64,000 nucleotides of DNA, from positions 1,587,655 through 1,651,654 of the forward strand of contig CAWKHK010000006.1 of NCBI GenBank assembly GCA_963849425.1, given 5' to 3'. The position numbers were made by a program, and so were the translations under genes. The notes below the pieces were generated by a model that was given only the letters and a program-made list of their open reading frames with translations, searched no databases and was not told the DNA's origin. This stretch comes from an uncultured Solirubrobacteraceae bacterium. Lineage in GTDB: Bacteria; Actinomycetota; Thermoleophilia; Solirubrobacterales; Solirubrobacteraceae. Each line of letters starts with the position of its first letter. Position 1 is the stretch's first letter. Shown here piece after piece: positions 19,694-31,122 of the stretch.

Positions 19694-20101
19694 ATGCTCG
19701 TCGTCGATGCGTCCGTGGCAGTTGCTGCGTGCCATACGCCGATGGGCTTCGCGAACCTACGAGGCCACGAGCTGGTCGCGCCACAGCTCATGCCTGTCGA
19801 GACGAGTTCGGTGCTGCATGAGATGGCATGGCGAGAAGAGATCACCAAGCCTCGCGCCGAAATCATGCTCGATCGCCTGCTCAAGGCTCCGGTTAAGGTC
19901 CGCACGCCGTCCGGCCTGATTCGGGAGGCTTGGCGTGTGGCTGATGAACTCGGCTGGGCGAAGACCTATGACGCGCAGTACATCGCTCTGGCAAGGATGC
20001 TCGACTGTCGGCTTGTGAGCGTCGATGAGCGCCTGCTCCGTGGAGTTGCACGGCTCGGCGTTGCTGTGAGACCTCGGAACTCTGACGGCGGTACAGCCTG
20101 A
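19694..20101 (+). CDS. PIN-domain (VapC) toxin
   Basis: MLVVDASVAV, APQLMPVE, YDAQYIALA, VSVDERL. Confidence 0.9.
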   Translation: MLVVDASVAVAACHTPMGFANLRGHELVAPQLMPVETSSVLHEMAWREEITKPRAEIMLDRLLKAPVKVRTPSGLIREAWRVADELGWAKTYDAQYIALARMLDCRLVSVDERLLRGVARLGVAVRPRNSDGGTA

Positions 20102-20115
20102 ATGGTGCTGCAACG

Positions 20116-20137
20116 GTTTGTTTGCCGATCAGAAAAA

Positions 20138-20140
<3 letters not shown>
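20116..20140. repeat. att-like half site abutting and overlapping the tRNA-Ala 3' end
   Basis: GTTTGTTTGCCGATCAGAAAAAT-GG, followed directly by tRNA sequence. Confidence 0.75.
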
Positions 20141-20210
<70 letters not shown>

Positions 20211-20305
20211 GTGTGATCTCATCCTATCGCCCGGGAAGCCTTCTTCGCAGCATCGGAAACCCGCTCCGAACCGAAGCCCAGATCCGACCGCGCCCGCCGA
20301 CCGGC

Positions 20306-21367
20306 TCAACTCCGGGGCAAGAACTCCGGCACGTCGAGATCCTCGCCGGATCCCTCGTCGCCGTGCCCTTGCTTGCGGCGCTTGCCCTTGTTCGCCGTGG
20401 GCTGTTCGCCCGCGTCGGGGGCGACCTGGTCGAGGCGGGCGGTCATGCCGCCGTGCGTCAGGCGCACGTCCCGCAGGAGGCGCTCGGCGTTGTTGTGCAG
20501 CGAGACCGCGAGCTCGCGCAGGTTGCGCGAGACCTCGGTGCCCTCGCCGAGGACCTCGTGGGCGACGACATGGGCCTCGCTGGTGATCTCGCGGGCTTCC
20601 GAGCGCGCCTTCGCCTTGATCTCGCCCGCCTGCTCATCGGCCTCGCTCTGGAGCCTGGTCAGCTCCTCGCCGCGGGCCGCGATCAGCCGGTCGGTCTCCT
20701 CGCGCGTCTGCAGTGCAAGCCGGTCGGCTTCCTCGTGCGCGTTGCCCAGGAGCCGCTCGGACTCCTCCTCGGCCGCCGCGCGAACCTGCTCGGACTCCTT
20801 GCGGGCGTCGGCCCGGACGCGCTCGGACTCCTCGCCGGCATCGGTGAGCAGCCGCTCGGCCTCTGTGCGTGCCTCGGCCAGTGTGCTCTCGGCCTCCTGA
20901 CGCGACTGGGTGAGTGTTTGGCCGGCCTCCTCCCGGGCGTCCGTGAGCGTTTTGGCTGCCTCCTCGCGGGCTCCGGTGAGCGTCTGTGTGGCCTCCTGGC
21001 GCGCCTCGGCAAGCGTCCGCGCGGCATCGTCGCGTGCGCGCTCCGCCTCGGCCTGCAGCTTCGTGGCAGTCTCGAGGGTCTCGCTGCGGGTGCTCTCAGC
21101 CTCCGAGCGGGCTGTGGACAGGAGCTCCTCGGCCTCTTCTTCGGCTGCGCTCACGCGCAGGTCGGCGGCTCGGTCGGCCTCGGCGATGCGCTCCCTGCTG
21201 CGCGTCTCGGCCTGCTCGCGCAGGTCTGCCGCAGCGGCTTCGGCGGCCGCCACGATGCTGGCCACCCGACCCGGCGCGGCGCTCAGCGCGTCGGGATCCT
21301 CGTCGTATGGGTCCTGCGCGTCGTCGTACTCGACCTCGTCGTACTCAGGCTGCTCCACGTAAGGCAT
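20306..21367 (-). CDS. Acidic coiled-coil protein with 11-residue repeats (DivIVA/Scy-like)
   Basis: EAAKTLTDARE/EAGQTLTQSRQ/EAESTLAEART/EAERLLTDAGE periodicity; C-terminal LDVPEFLP. Confidence 0.7.
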   Translation of the reverse strand: MPYVEQPEYDEVEYDDAQDPYDEDPDALSAAPGRVASIVAAAEAAAADLREQAETRSRERIAEADRAADLRVSAAEEEAEELLSTARSEAESTRSETLETATKLQAEAERARDDAARTLAEARQEATQTLTGAREEAAKTLTDAREEAGQTLTQSRQEAESTLAEARTEAERLLTDAGEESERVRADARKESEQVRAAAEEESERLLGNAHEEADRLALQTREETDRLIAARGEELTRLQSEADEQAGEIKAKARSEAREITSEAHVVAHEVLGEGTEVSRNLRELAVSLHNNAERLLRDVRLTHGGMTARLDQVAPDAGEQPTANKGKRRKQGHGDEGSGEDLDVPEFLPRS

Positions 21368-21515
21368 CGTAGACCCCGGTGCGGACCTCCGTCCGCACCC
21401 TGCCGGTAGGCGCCCGCCGAGCGCTCCGCTTCCTCCCGGAACGCACAACCTGGATGGCAGGAATCATGGGAAATATGTCCTTGCGGACAGATCGTGGGTG
21501 GGGGATGATCGAGCC

Positions 21516-22532
21516 ATGAGCGGTGCTCGAATCCCACGCCAGATCGCGATCCTCGCCTACCCGGGCGTGCAGAGCCTCGATGTGGCCGGACCGCTGGAGG
21601 TGTTCGCCGGCGCCCACCGCCTGGTCGAGGCGGGCGGTCGCGGCGAGCGCGGATACGAGGTGCGGGTCATCAGCGGCGACGGCGCCCCGCTGGTGAGCTC
21701 CAGCGGGCTGACGATCACGCCTCATGCGTCGGTGGGGGACGCGCCGCGGCAGATCGACACTTTGATCGTGGCCGGAGGATACGGCCACATTGCGGCTGCC
21801 GACGATCGGGTGCTCCTCGACTGGATCGTTCGCACCGCGGCGACGGCCAGGCGCACGGCCTCGGTGTGCACGGGCGCCTTCCTGCTCGCCCGCGCCGGGC
21901 TGCTGGACGGCCGCCGGGCGACCACTCACTGGGCGGCCGCGGAGGAGCTGCGGCGAGCGCATCCGCAGGTGCACGTCGATCCCGAGCCGATCTTCGTACG
22001 CGACGGCCCGATCTGGACCTCCGCCGGGGTCACCGCCGGGATGGACCTCGCGCTGGCGCTCGTCGAGGAGGACCTCGACCGCGACGCCGCCCTGGTGATA
22101 GCCCGTCATCTCGTGCTGTTCCTGCGCCGTCCGGGCGGCCAATCCCAGTTCAGCGCCACGCTTGTCGCCCAGCAGCCCGAGCGCAAGCCGCTGCGTGAGA
22201 TGCAGCGATCGCTGCTGGAGAACGTCGCCGAGGACCACTCCGTCGAGGCGATGGCCGCCCGGGCGAACATGAGCCCTCGCCATTTCGCTCGGGTGTTCCG
22301 CTCGGAGACCGGGATGACCCCGGCCCGCTATGTCGAGCGCGTGCGCCTGGAGGCCGCCCGCCGGCGCCTGGAGGAGACGGCCGAGCCGGTCGCGGCCGTG
22401 GCCGCCGCGTGCGGCTTTGGCACCGCAGAGACCATGCGCCGAACCTTCATCCGCACGCTCGAGGTGCCACCCGCCGAGTACCGCCGCCGCTTCCACGCCC
22501 CCACCAGTAGTCCCACGCCCTCACACCAGTAG
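21516..22532 (+). CDS. GlxA family regulator (DJ-1/PfpI + AraC HTH)
   Basis: LDVAGPLEVF, SVCTGAFLLA, RRPGGQSQFS, C-terminal AraC HTH. Confidence 0.93.
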   Translation: MSGARIPRQIAILAYPGVQSLDVAGPLEVFAGAHRLVEAGGRGERGYEVRVISGDGAPLVSSSGLTITPHASVGDAPRQIDTLIVAGGYGHIAAADDRVLLDWIVRTAATARRTASVCTGAFLLARAGLLDGRRATTHWAAAEELRRAHPQVHVDPEPIFVRDGPIWTSAGVTAGMDLALALVEEDLDRDAALVIARHLVLFLRRPGGQSQFSATLVAQQPERKPLREMQRSLLENVAEDHSVEAMAARANMSPRHFARVFRSETGMTPARYVERVRLEAARRRLEETAEPVAAVAAACGFGTAETMRRTFIRTLEVPPAEYRRRFHAPTSSPTPSHQ

Positions 22533-22557
22533 CCCCCACCGGTAAGGAGACAGTGAC

Positions 22558-23223
22558 ATGAACATCGCAATCGTCCTCTACGACAGGTTCACGGCGCTCG
22601 ACGCGATCGGACCGTACGAGGTGCTCAGTCGCCTGCCCGGGGCCGACCTCGCGTTCGTCGCCGCCGAGCCGGGGCCGGTTCGCACGGACAACGGAATGCT
22701 CACCGTGATCGCCGGGCGTTCGCTCGAGCAGGCGGGGCAGCCCGACATCGTGCTCGTCCCGGGCGGACCCGGCGAGGTCGCCGCGCGGGCAGGCGGATCG
22801 GTGCTCGACTGGCTGCGCGAGGCGGATGGGACGAGCACGTGGACGACCTCCGTGTGCACCGGCTCGCTGATCCTCGCCGCCGCCGGCCTGCTCGATGGCA
22901 GGCGTGCGACCTCGCACTGGCTGGCGCTCGAGGAGCTGGGCCGCCTGGGCGCGCAGCCGGTCTCCGAGCGGGTCGTCTTCGACGGCAAGATCGTGACCGC
23001 CGCGGGCGTGTCCGCGGGGATCGACATGGCGCTCGCGCTCGCCGCCGAGGTGGCCGGGGAAGCCGTCGCCCAGGCGATCCAGCTGGGGATCGAGTACGAC
23101 CCGCAGCCCCCGTTCGACGCCGGTTCGCCGCAGAAGGCCCCCGCGGCGATCGTCGAGCTGCTCCGCGCCAGGAGCCGCTTCGAAGGGGGGCTGGGGGTCG
23201 AGGAGCTCCGCACGTCCGGGTGA
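22558..23223 (+). CDS. DJ-1/PfpI family protein (isonitrile hydratase-like)
   Basis: LDAIGPYEV, SVCTG, AGVSAGID, EYDPQPPF. Confidence 0.9.
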   Translation: MNIAIVLYDRFTALDAIGPYEVLSRLPGADLAFVAAEPGPVRTDNGMLTVIAGRSLEQAGQPDIVLVPGGPGEVAARAGGSVLDWLREADGTSTWTTSVCTGSLILAAAGLLDGRRATSHWLALEELGRLGAQPVSERVVFDGKIVTAAGVSAGIDMALALAAEVAGEAVAQAIQLGIEYDPQPPFDAGSPQKAPAAIVELLRARSRFEGGLGVEELRTSG

Positions 23224-23270
23224 GCCGCCCACCGTGGGCCATCGCAGGCGCCCGCTAATCTGCGATCCCG

Positions 23271-25838
23271 ATGCCAGATCACCGCTATGACCCCCAGGAG
23301 ATCGAGCCGCGCTGGCAGGCGCTGTGGGCCGCGGAGCATACCTGGGAGGTCGCCAACGACGTTGGGGCGGAGGGGAGGGCGGACGGGCGCGCAGGCGCGA
23401 CGAGGGCGGGCGGGCAGGCGGGTGGGCGGGCATCTAATTCGTACGTCCTGGAGATGCTGCCGTACCCGAGCGGCGAGCCCCACATCGGCCACCTGAAGGT
23501 GTACTCGGTGGGCGACGCGATCGCCCACTTCCACCGGCGCCTGGGACGGCGGGTGCTGCACCCGATGGGCTATGACTCCTTCGGGCTGCCGGCCGAGAAC
23601 CACGCGATCAAGACGGGCGTGCACCCGCGCGACTCGACGGCCGAGTCGATCGCCTCCTTCCAGCGCCAGTTCCGCTCGTGGGGGATCTCGATCGACTGGT
23701 CCCGCGAGCTGGCCACCTCCGAACCGAGCTACTACCGCTGGACGCAGTGGATCTTCCTCGAGCTGTTCCGCGCGGGTCTCGCCTACCGCAAGCAGGCGGC
23801 GGTCAAGTGGTGCCCCAACGACCAGACGGTGCTCGCCAACGAGCAGGTGGACGCCGAGGGACACTGCGAGCGCTGCGGGGCGCTCGTCGAGGTCCGCCAG
23901 CTCGAGCAGTGGTTCCTGCGGATCACCGACTATGCCGAGCGCCTGCTCGGCGACCTCGAGACGATCGACTGGCCGGAGCACGTGAAGACCATGCAGCGCA
24001 ACTGGATCGGACGCAGCGAGGGCGCCGAGGTGACGTTCCGCTGCGAGGACTTGGATCCCGCCCACCCGATCGACTACCCCGTGTTCACCACCCGTCCGGA
24101 CACGCTGTTCGGGGCGACGTTCTTCGTGATGGCACCCGAGCACCCCGACGTGATGCGCCTGGCGCAGGGGACCGAGCACGAGCGGGCGGTGCGCGAGTAC
24201 GTCGCCCACGCGCTGACCGAGACCAACGAGGAGCGTGGCAACGCCGAGAAGCCGAAGACGGGCGTGGCGCTCGGGCGGACGGTCACCAACCCGGTCAACG
24301 GCGAGCAGTTGCCGATGTACGTGGCCGACTACGTGCTGATGGAGTACGGCACCGGCGCGATCATGGCGGTGCCCGGGCACGACGAGCGCGATCATGCGTT
24401 TGCCCGTGCGTTCGGGCTGCCGATCCGGCGCGTGATCGAAGCCCCGGCCGAGGATTCCGTTGATGGGCCGCCGGGGGCGGCGGGGGACGGTGAGCTGCCG
24501 TACACCGGCGACGGCGTGCTCGTGAGCTCCCGCCGGGACTTCGACGGCATGAACAACCGCCAGGCGCTCACAGCGATCGTCGCCTGGCTCGACCGCGAAG
24601 GCAAGGGCCACGCGTCGGTCAACTACCGCCTGCGCGACTGGCTGGTGTCCCGCCAGCGCTACTGGGGCTGCCCGATCCCGATCGTGTACTGCGAGAGCTG
24701 CGGAATGGTGCCCGTCCCCGACGAGCGCCTCCCGGTGGAGCTGCCGGAGATCGACGACTACACGCCGAAGGGCCGCTCGCCTCTGGCCGCAGCCGAGGAC
24801 TGGGTGAGCACCACGTGCCCCGAGTGCGGCGGCAGCGCGCGCAGGGAGACCGACACGATGGACACGTTCGTCGACTCCTCGTGGTATTTCCTGCGCTACT
24901 GCGACGCGAGCAACGACAGCGCCGCCTGGGATCCGGCGGCGCTGCGCGAGTGGATGCCCGTCGACCAGTACATCGGCGGGGTGGAGCACGCGATCCTGCA
25001 CCTGATGTACGCGCGCTTCTTCTGCAAGGCGCTCGCCGACCTCGGCCACCTCGACTTCCAGGAGCCCTTCCAGGCGCTGTTCACCCAGGGCATGGTCACC
25101 AAGGACGGCTCGAAGATGAGCAAGTCCAGGGGCAACGTGGTCTCGCCCGCGGCTATCGTCGAGCGGTTGGGCGCGGACACCGCCCGCTGCTACATCCTGT
25201 TCGTCGGCCCCCCCGACCAGGACGCCGACTGGTCGGACGAGGGCGTCGAGGGAGTGCACCGCTTCCTCGGCAGGCTGTGGCGTCTGTCGGCCGAGACGGC
25301 CGAGCGCGCGGGTGCGCCGCCGGCCGAACCGGCGGGGCCGGCAGCGGCGGAGGGAGAGGATCTCGCGCTGCTGCGCAAGACGCACTGGGCGATCGAGAAG
25401 GTCGGCGGCGACCTGCGCCGGTTCGCGTTCAACACGGCGATAGCCGCGGTCATGGAGCTGCTCAACGAATGCTCGCGGCTGCGCGAGACCGCCGAGGTCG
25501 AGACGCTGCGCTTCGCCCTCGCCACGGCCGCCTCGCTGCTGTTCCCGTTCGCCCCGCACGTGTGCGCCGACATCTACGAGCGCCTGACCGGCGAGCGCGT
25601 GTGGGAGCAGCGGTGGCCGCAGGCCGAGGAGGCGATGCTCGAGAGCGACGTCTACGAGCTGGTGTGCCAGGTCAACGGAAAGGTCCGCGACCGTGTGCAG
25701 GCGAGCGCCGAGGCGCCCGCACACGAGCTGAAGGAGCTTTGCAGGGCCGCGCCGAACGTCAGGGCGCACGTCGACGGCAGGGAGATCGTCAAGGAGATCG
25801 TCGTGCCCGGCAAGCTGGTTAATTTGGTCGTGCGCTGA
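23271..25838 (+). CDS. leuS: Leucine--tRNA ligase
   Basis: MLPYPSG, HIGH, FTTRPDT, SRQRYWG, KMSKS. Confidence 0.98.
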   Translation: MPDHRYDPQEIEPRWQALWAAEHTWEVANDVGAEGRADGRAGATRAGGQAGGRASNSYVLEMLPYPSGEPHIGHLKVYSVGDAIAHFHRRLGRRVLHPMGYDSFGLPAENHAIKTGVHPRDSTAESIASFQRQFRSWGISIDWSRELATSEPSYYRWTQWIFLELFRAGLAYRKQAAVKWCPNDQTVLANEQVDAEGHCERCGALVEVRQLEQWFLRITDYAERLLGDLETIDWPEHVKTMQRNWIGRSEGAEVTFRCEDLDPAHPIDYPVFTTRPDTLFGATFFVMAPEHPDVMRLAQGTEHERAVREYVAHALTETNEERGNAEKPKTGVALGRTVTNPVNGEQLPMYVADYVLMEYGTGAIMAVPGHDERDHAFARAFGLPIRRVIEAPAEDSVDGPPGAAGDGELPYTGDGVLVSSRRDFDGMNNRQALTAIVAWLDREGKGHASVNYRLRDWLVSRQRYWGCPIPIVYCESCGMVPVPDERLPVELPEIDDYTPKGRSPLAAAEDWVSTTCPECGGSARRETDTMDTFVDSSWYFLRYCDASNDSAAWDPAALREWMPVDQYIGGVEHAILHLMYARFFCKALADLGHLDFQEPFQALFTQGMVTKDGSKMSKSRGNVVSPAAIVERLGADTARCYILFVGPPDQDADWSDEGVEGVHRFLGRLWRLSAETAERAGAPPAEPAGPAAAEGEDLALLRKTHWAIEKVGGDLRRFAFNTAIAAVMELLNECSRLRETAEVETLRFALATAASLLFPFAPHVCADIYERLTGERVWEQRWPQAEEAMLESDVYELVCQVNGKVRDRVQASAEAPAHELKELCRAAPNVRAHVDGREIVKEIVVPGKLVNLVVR

Positions 25839-26878
25839 TGCCCGAGCTGAAGCCCGCCTATCTGATTCACGGGGACGATCACGGAGCGGTGTCCGAGCGC
25901 CGGGCGGGCCTGCGGGCGCTGGCGGAAGGCACGGACGGGGGCGGCGGCAGCGTCGAGCTGCTCGAAGGGGACGCTGCGAGCCCCGCGGGCGTGGCCGAGG
26001 CGCTCACGAAGATGACCCTGGCGATCGGGCGTCGGGTGATCATGGTGGAAGGCGTCGAGCGCTGGCGACAGACGGACATCGAGAAGCACCTGCTGGCGGC
26101 GATGAGCGTGATGCCGCCGGAGACGACCCTCGCGCTGTTCGCGCGCGAGGAGTCGCGTGCCAAGGCCGCTCCCGCGCTGCACGAGGCGGTCAAGCGGGCC
26201 GGGGGGCAGGTGGTGGCGCAGATGACCGTCAAGCCGTGGGAGCTGGCCAAGTGGGTGCGCGAGCAGGGTGCGCGTATCGGCCTCTCGCTGGACCCGGCTG
26301 CCGCCAAGGCGCTGGTCTCGCAGGTGGGCGAACGCCAGCAGCGGCTCCTGCGCGAGCTCGAGAAGCTCGCCCTGGAAGTGGAGGGAGACCCCCTCGACGC
26401 GGGCGACGCGGCGACGGGCTCCGGGGGGCAGGTCGGCGTGCAGGACATCGAGCGGCGGGCCGCCCACTCGGCGGAGTGGCGCGCCTATGGCCTGGCCGAC
26501 GCGCTCGTCGGAGCGGACGGGCGCGAGGCGACCCTGTCCTACCTGCGCCTGCGCCAGCAGGGCGAGCGCCTGTCCGGCCTGACCTACTTGATGGCCCAGC
26601 GGCTGCGCGACGCCCTCGCGATCACCTTGCGCCTGCGCTGCGGCGAGCCGGTCGCGGAGATCAAGCGCGGGCTGCGCATGCCCGCCAAGGCTGCCGAGCG
26701 CTTCGTGGCGGACGCCGGCCGCGCCGACCCCGACCGACTGCGCCAGGCGCTCGGCGCGCTGGCCGACCTCGAGCTCGACTCGCGCGGGGGGGCGCCATTG
26801 CCGGACAGACGCACGGCGCTCGCCGGCCTGGACGAGGACACGCTGGCCCTTCAGGCGATCGCGGCGATTACGAGCTAG
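25838..26878 (+). CDS. holA: DNA polymerase III delta subunit
   Basis: YLIHGDD, ELEKLAL; leuS-holA-rpsT synteny. Confidence 0.85.
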   Translation: MPELKPAYLIHGDDHGAVSERRAGLRALAEGTDGGGGSVELLEGDAASPAGVAEALTKMTLAIGRRVIMVEGVERWRQTDIEKHLLAAMSVMPPETTLALFAREESRAKAAPALHEAVKRAGGQVVAQMTVKPWELAKWVREQGARIGLSLDPAAAKALVSQVGERQQRLLRELEKLALEVEGDPLDAGDAATGSGGQVGVQDIERRAAHSAEWRAYGLADALVGADGREATLSYLRLRQQGERLSGLTYLMAQRLRDALAITLRLRCGEPVAEIKRGLRMPAKAAERFVADAGRADPDRLRQALGALADLELDSRGGAPLPDRRTALAGLDEDTLALQAIAAITS

Positions 26879-27143
26879 AGGAGGATCCGGCGCGAAGGTG
26901 GGCCGCTCGGGACTTCTTGCGTGCGCCGGTGTTCTTGTGCATGGCTCCGCGCTTGACCGCCTTGTCGATGGTGCTGACGAGCTCGCGGTGGGCGCTCTCG
27001 AGGGCCGACTCCTCGCCGCCGTCGCCGACGAGTGTCTCAAGGCGGCGGAAGTACGTCTTGATCGTCGAGGTGTAGCGGCGGTTCTCCAGACGCTCGCGCT
27101 CGGAGCGCAGGATCCGCTTCTTCTGGGAGTGGATGTTGGCCAT
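26868..27143 (-). CDS. rpsT: 30S ribosomal protein S20
   Basis: MANIHSQKKR...IDKAVKRG.MHKNTGARKKSR. Confidence 0.97.
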   Translation of the reverse strand: MANIHSQKKRILRSERERLENRRYTSTIKTYFRRLETLVGDGGEESALESAHRELVSTIDKAVKRGAMHKNTGARKKSRAAHLRAGSSSSS

Positions 27144-27203
27144 AGCTGAAGGTCGCTGGGCACGCGAAAACTACCCTGCGCGGCGCGCCGTACTATAGCG
27201 GCC

Positions 27204-28835
27204 TTGTCCGCCTCCGCAGAAGCAGCCGCCGAGGGGCCGCAACCGCCAGCGGGCGGGCGGGGCTCGGGTCCCGGGAGCGTGGCGCGCAACACCGCGATCT
27301 TCTCGATCGCCACGGGCATCTCGCGGATCGTGGGATTGGGGCGGGAAATCGTCTTCGCGAGCTACTTCGGCACGACCGGCTTCGCCTCCGCCTACACGAT
27401 CGCCTCCCTGGTTCCGAACCTGGTGGCCAACCTGTTCGCCCAGTCGGCGCTGTCCGCTGCGTTCGTCCCGGTGTTCACCGACCTGCTGCAGAAGGGGCGG
27501 CGCAGGGACGCGGTGGGGCTGGCCTCGACGCTGTTCTGGATCCTTCTGATCGGGCTCGGGGCGATCACCGCCTTCTTCATCCTCGCCGCTGGTGTGATCA
27601 TGCCGCTGTTCATCGGCCCGAAGTTCAGCCACGAGCTGAACATCCTGACCGTCGGGCTCTCACAGGTCCTGTTCCCGGTGATCCTGCTGCTCGGCCTCAA
27701 CGGCCTGCTCGTGGGGATCCTGCAGTCTTTCGATCACTTCACGATCCCGGCCATCTCGCCGGCGGTGTGGAACGGCGTGATCATCGTGCTGCTCGTCGTG
27801 CTCGCGCCCCACTTCCACGGCACGGACAAGATCTACGCCTACGCGATCGGCATCCTCGCGGCGACCGGCGTGCAGCTGCTACTCGCGTTCGGTGCGCTCG
27901 GGCGGATCGACTTCCGCCTGCGCCTGCATATCGACTGGCACGACCCGCGCATCAAGCAGGTGTTCATGCTGATGATGCCCGTGACGATCGGCCTGGGGAT
28001 CGTCAACCTCGACCAGCTGATCAACTCGGCCTTCGGCAGCCTCGTCTCCGAACACGCGCCGCGCGCGATCGACAACGCGTTTCGCGTGTACATGCTCCCG
28101 CAGGGGATGTTCAGCGTGGCGGTGGCCACGGTCCTGTTCCCGACGCTCAGCCGCATGGCCTCCAGCCGCGACCCGGGCGCGATGCGCCGCACCGTGGGCA
28201 CTGGCATGCGCCAGATCAACCTCATGCTGATCCCGGCGGCGGCATTCATGATCGTGCTCCCCACGCCGATCGTCCGGCTGCTGTTCCAGCGCGGCGAGTT
28301 CAACGCCGAATCCACTCACCTCGTCTCGATCGCGCTGTTCTGGTTCGCCTTCAGCCTGCCCTTCGGCGGTCTCAACCTGCTGCTCACGCGGACGTTCTTC
28401 GCGGTGCAGCGACCCTGGATCCCGACCCGGCTGTCGGCGATGAACATCGTCGTGGACGTCGTCGTCAGCATCGCGCTGTACAAGCCACTGGGGATCGCGG
28501 GGCTGATCATGGGCACGATCGTCGCCAACATGGTCATGGCCGGGCTCCAGCTCCATCGTTTGCGCGCCGGCCTGGACGGTCGCTTGGAGGGCGCCCAGAC
28601 GATGATGATCACCGCGCGGATCGCAGTCGCCTCGGCGCTGCTCGCCGGCGTCTCGTGGGTCGTGTGGAAGCTGCTCGACGAGCTGCTCGGCGGCTCGCTG
28701 CCCGCCCAGATCCTCAGTGTGGGCGGCGCTGGGGCCGCCGGCCTGTTCGTGTACATCCGCGCGGTGCTGATCATGCGCATCCCCGAGGCCCACGAGGTCA
28801 ACCGCCTGATCCGCGCGCGCCTCGGGCGGCCATAG
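27204..28835 (+). CDS. murJ: Lipid II flippase MurJ
   Basis: [32 protein letters not shown]; TACTAT -10 just before the TTG start. Confidence 0.93.
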   Translation: MSASAEAAAEGPQPPAGGRGSGPGSVARNTAIFSIATGISRIVGLGREIVFASYFGTTGFASAYTIASLVPNLVANLFAQSALSAAFVPVFTDLLQKGRRRDAVGLASTLFWILLIGLGAITAFFILAAGVIMPLFIGPKFSHELNILTVGLSQVLFPVILLLGLNGLLVGILQSFDHFTIPAISPAVWNGVIIVLLVVLAPHFHGTDKIYAYAIGILAATGVQLLLAFGALGRIDFRLRLHIDWHDPRIKQVFMLMMPVTIGLGIVNLDQLINSAFGSLVSEHAPRAIDNAFRVYMLPQGMFSVAVATVLFPTLSRMASSRDPGAMRRTVGTGMRQINLMLIPAAAFMIVLPTPIVRLLFQRGEFNAESTHLVSIALFWFAFSLPFGGLNLLLTRTFFAVQRPWIPTRLSAMNIVVDVVVSIALYKPLGIAGLIMGTIVANMVMAGLQLHRLRAGLDGRLEGAQTMMITARIAVASALLAGVSWVVWKLLDELLGGSLPAQILSVGGAGAAGLFVYIRAVLIMRIPEAHEVNRLIRARLGRP

Positions 28836-28972
28836 GCCGAGAGCGCCGGCCGCAGGGCTGCGACCGCACGAAGGCCCTCCGGGGCCGGCGAAGGCCTCCG
28901 AGGCGAGCAGAGGCCGGGTGAGCCAAGGCCCACCCGGCTTGCACCCGATCATAGATCGCCGCTTACTACTTA

Positions 28973-29129
28973 CGTCCCAGGACTGTGTGTCTTGCCTGGG
29001 CGGCGTGACACTCCCGACACCTGGACTGGCCGCCGGCTCGAAAGCCGGCGCGTTGCCGCGGTTGGATCCCAAGGGATCCGCGTCGAGTTGGCGATCCGCC
29101 GGACCATCAACGCTAGCGCGTCTGGGGCG
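28973..29129. ncRNA. Candidate structured non-coding RNA between murJ and lepA
   Basis: Complementary 5' and 3' ends (CGTCCCAG/CTGGGGCG); long irregular rod; two internal hairpins. Confidence 0.4.
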
Positions 29130-29196
29130 CTCCCGTGGCGGGCACGCCCCCGTGGCTGGCGCCGCCGCGCGCGCCATCTACGCTGTAGCTGAGCCC

Positions 29197-31059
29197 ATGG
29201 ACCAGTCCCACATCCGCAACTTCTCGATCATCGCCCACATCGACCACGGCAAGTCGACCCTGGCCGACCGCATCCTCGAGCTGACCCACACGGTGTCAGC
29301 GCGCGAGATGCGCGCCCAGGTGCTCGACTCGATGGACCTCGAGCGCGAGCGGGGCATCACGATCAAGGCCCAGGCCGTGCGCGTCTTCTACACCGCCCGG
29401 GACGGGCAGACCTACCAACTGCACCTGATCGACACGCCGGGCCATGTGGACTTCACCTACGAGGTCTCGCGCTCGCTGGCCGCTTGCGAGGGCGCCCTGC
29501 TCGTGGTCGACGCCGCCCAGGGGGTGGAGGCGCAGACCGTGGCCAACACCTATCTGGCCGTCGAGTCCGGCCTCGAGCTGATTCCCTGCCTGAACAAGAT
29601 CGACCTCCCCGGCGCCGAGCCCGAGCGGGTGGCCGGCGAAGTCAGCGAGCTGATCGGCGAGCCGCCCGAGGGGATCCTCAAGATCAGCGGCAAGACCGGC
29701 GAGGGCGTGGGGGAGGTGCTCGAGGAGCTGATCGCTCGAGTCCCGCCTCCCTCGGGCGATCCGGATGGACCTTCCCGCGCGCTGATCTTCGACTCCGAGT
29801 TCGACCAGTACCGGGGGGTGATCGCCTACATCCGGGTCGTCGACGGCGTGTTCCGCAAGGGCGAGGCGATCCGGGCGATGGCCACCGGGACGCAGGCGGA
29901 CATCGACGACATCGGCTTCTTCAGCCCGCAGATGATGCCCACCGACCAGCTCGCCGCGGGCGAGGTCGGCTACCTGATCACCGGCCTGAAGGACGTCACG
30001 CTGCTGCGCGTCGGAGACACCCTGACCAGCCGCGCGAAGGCCGGATCGGGGTCCCACCCGCCGGGTGGGGGTCGGGACGGATCGAGAGCCCACCCGCGGG
30101 AGGCCACCGAGGCGCTGCCCGGCTACCGGGAGGTCAAGCCGATGGTCTTCTGCGGCCTCTTCCCGATCGACTCCGACGACTACCCCGACCTGCGCGACGC
30201 GCTCGAGAAGCTCGTCCTCAACGACGCCGCCCTGTCGTGGGAGCCGGAGACCTCCGACGCGCTCGGCTTCGGCTTCCGCTGCGGCTTTCTCGGACTGCTG
30301 CACATGGACATCGTGCGCGAGCGTCTGGAGCGGGAGTACGACCTGGAGCTGCTCGCCACGATGCCCTCGGTGGAGTTCGACGTGACGCTCACGAACGGCC
30401 AGGAGCTCGAGGTACATAACCCCTCCGACATGCCCGACCCGGGCACGATCGAGGAGATCCGCGAGCCGTTCATAACCGCGTCGGTGATCGCCCCCAAAGA
30501 GTTCGTCGGCGCCGTCATGGGCCTCTGCCAGGAGCGCCGGGGGGAGCACAGCGCCATGCACTACCTGTCCCCCGAGCGGGTGCAGATGACCTACGAGCTG
30601 CCGCTCGCCGAAATCGTCCTGGACTTCTTCGACCAGCTCAAGTCGCGCACGCGCGGCTACGCCTCGCTGGACTACGAGGTGAGCGGGATGAAGCCCTCGG
30701 ACCTGGTCAAGCTCGACGTGCTGCTCGCCGGGGACACGGTGGACGCGCTGTCGATGGTCGTCCACCGCGAGAAGGCCTATGAGATGGGCCGCACGCTGAC
30801 CGAGAAGCTGCGCAAGCGCATCCCCCGCCAGCAGTACGACGTCCCGATCCAGGCGGCCATCGGCGCGCACGTGATCGCCCGGGAGACCGTCAAGGCGTTT
30901 CGCAAGGACGTCATCGCCGGCTGCTACGGCGGGGACATCACGCGCAAGAAAAAGCTCCTGGAGAAGCAGAAGGAGGGCAAGAAGCGGATGAAGCAGGTCG
31001 GCCGCGTGGAGGTGCCCCAGGAGGCGTTCCTCGCGGTGCTCGAGCTGGGAGAGGATTAG
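29197..31059 (+). CDS. lepA: Elongation factor 4
   Basis: [40 protein letters not shown]. Confidence 0.98.
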   Translation: MDQSHIRNFSIIAHIDHGKSTLADRILELTHTVSAREMRAQVLDSMDLERERGITIKAQAVRVFYTARDGQTYQLHLIDTPGHVDFTYEVSRSLAACEGALLVVDAAQGVEAQTVANTYLAVESGLELIPCLNKIDLPGAEPERVAGEVSELIGEPPEGILKISGKTGEGVGEVLEELIARVPPPSGDPDGPSRALIFDSEFDQYRGVIAYIRVVDGVFRKGEAIRAMATGTQADIDDIGFFSPQMMPTDQLAAGEVGYLITGLKDVTLLRVGDTLTSRAKAGSGSHPPGGGRDGSRAHPREATEALPGYREVKPMVFCGLFPIDSDDYPDLRDALEKLVLNDAALSWEPETSDALGFGFRCGFLGLLHMDIVRERLEREYDLELLATMPSVEFDVTLTNGQELEVHNPSDMPDPGTIEEIREPFITASVIAPKEFVGAVMGLCQERRGEHSAMHYLSPERVQMTYELPLAEIVLDFFDQLKSRTRGYASLDYEVSGMKPSDLVKLDVLLAGDTVDALSMVVHREKAYEMGRTLTEKLRKRIPRQQYDVPIQAAIGAHVIARETVKAFRKDVIAGCYGGDITRKKKLLEKQKEGKKRMKQVGRVEVPQEAFLAVLELGED

Positions 31060-31122
31060 GTGGGCGCCTCCGGCGCCCGTGGGACTCGCGCGGTGTCAGG
31101 CCAGCGAGCGGATCAGCCTGCG

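Noticed and set aside
22578-25769. 1063-aa antisense ORF and similar long shadow ORFs (39553-42564, 32284-34824, 38480-40708)
   Set aside because: Stop-poor shadow frames typical of high-GC coding DNA, lying opposite or off-frame to recognisable genes.
28918-29196. 93-aa N-terminal extension of LepA
   Set aside because: Conserved LepA begins at MDQSHIRNF (29197); the upstream region is better explained as non-coding.
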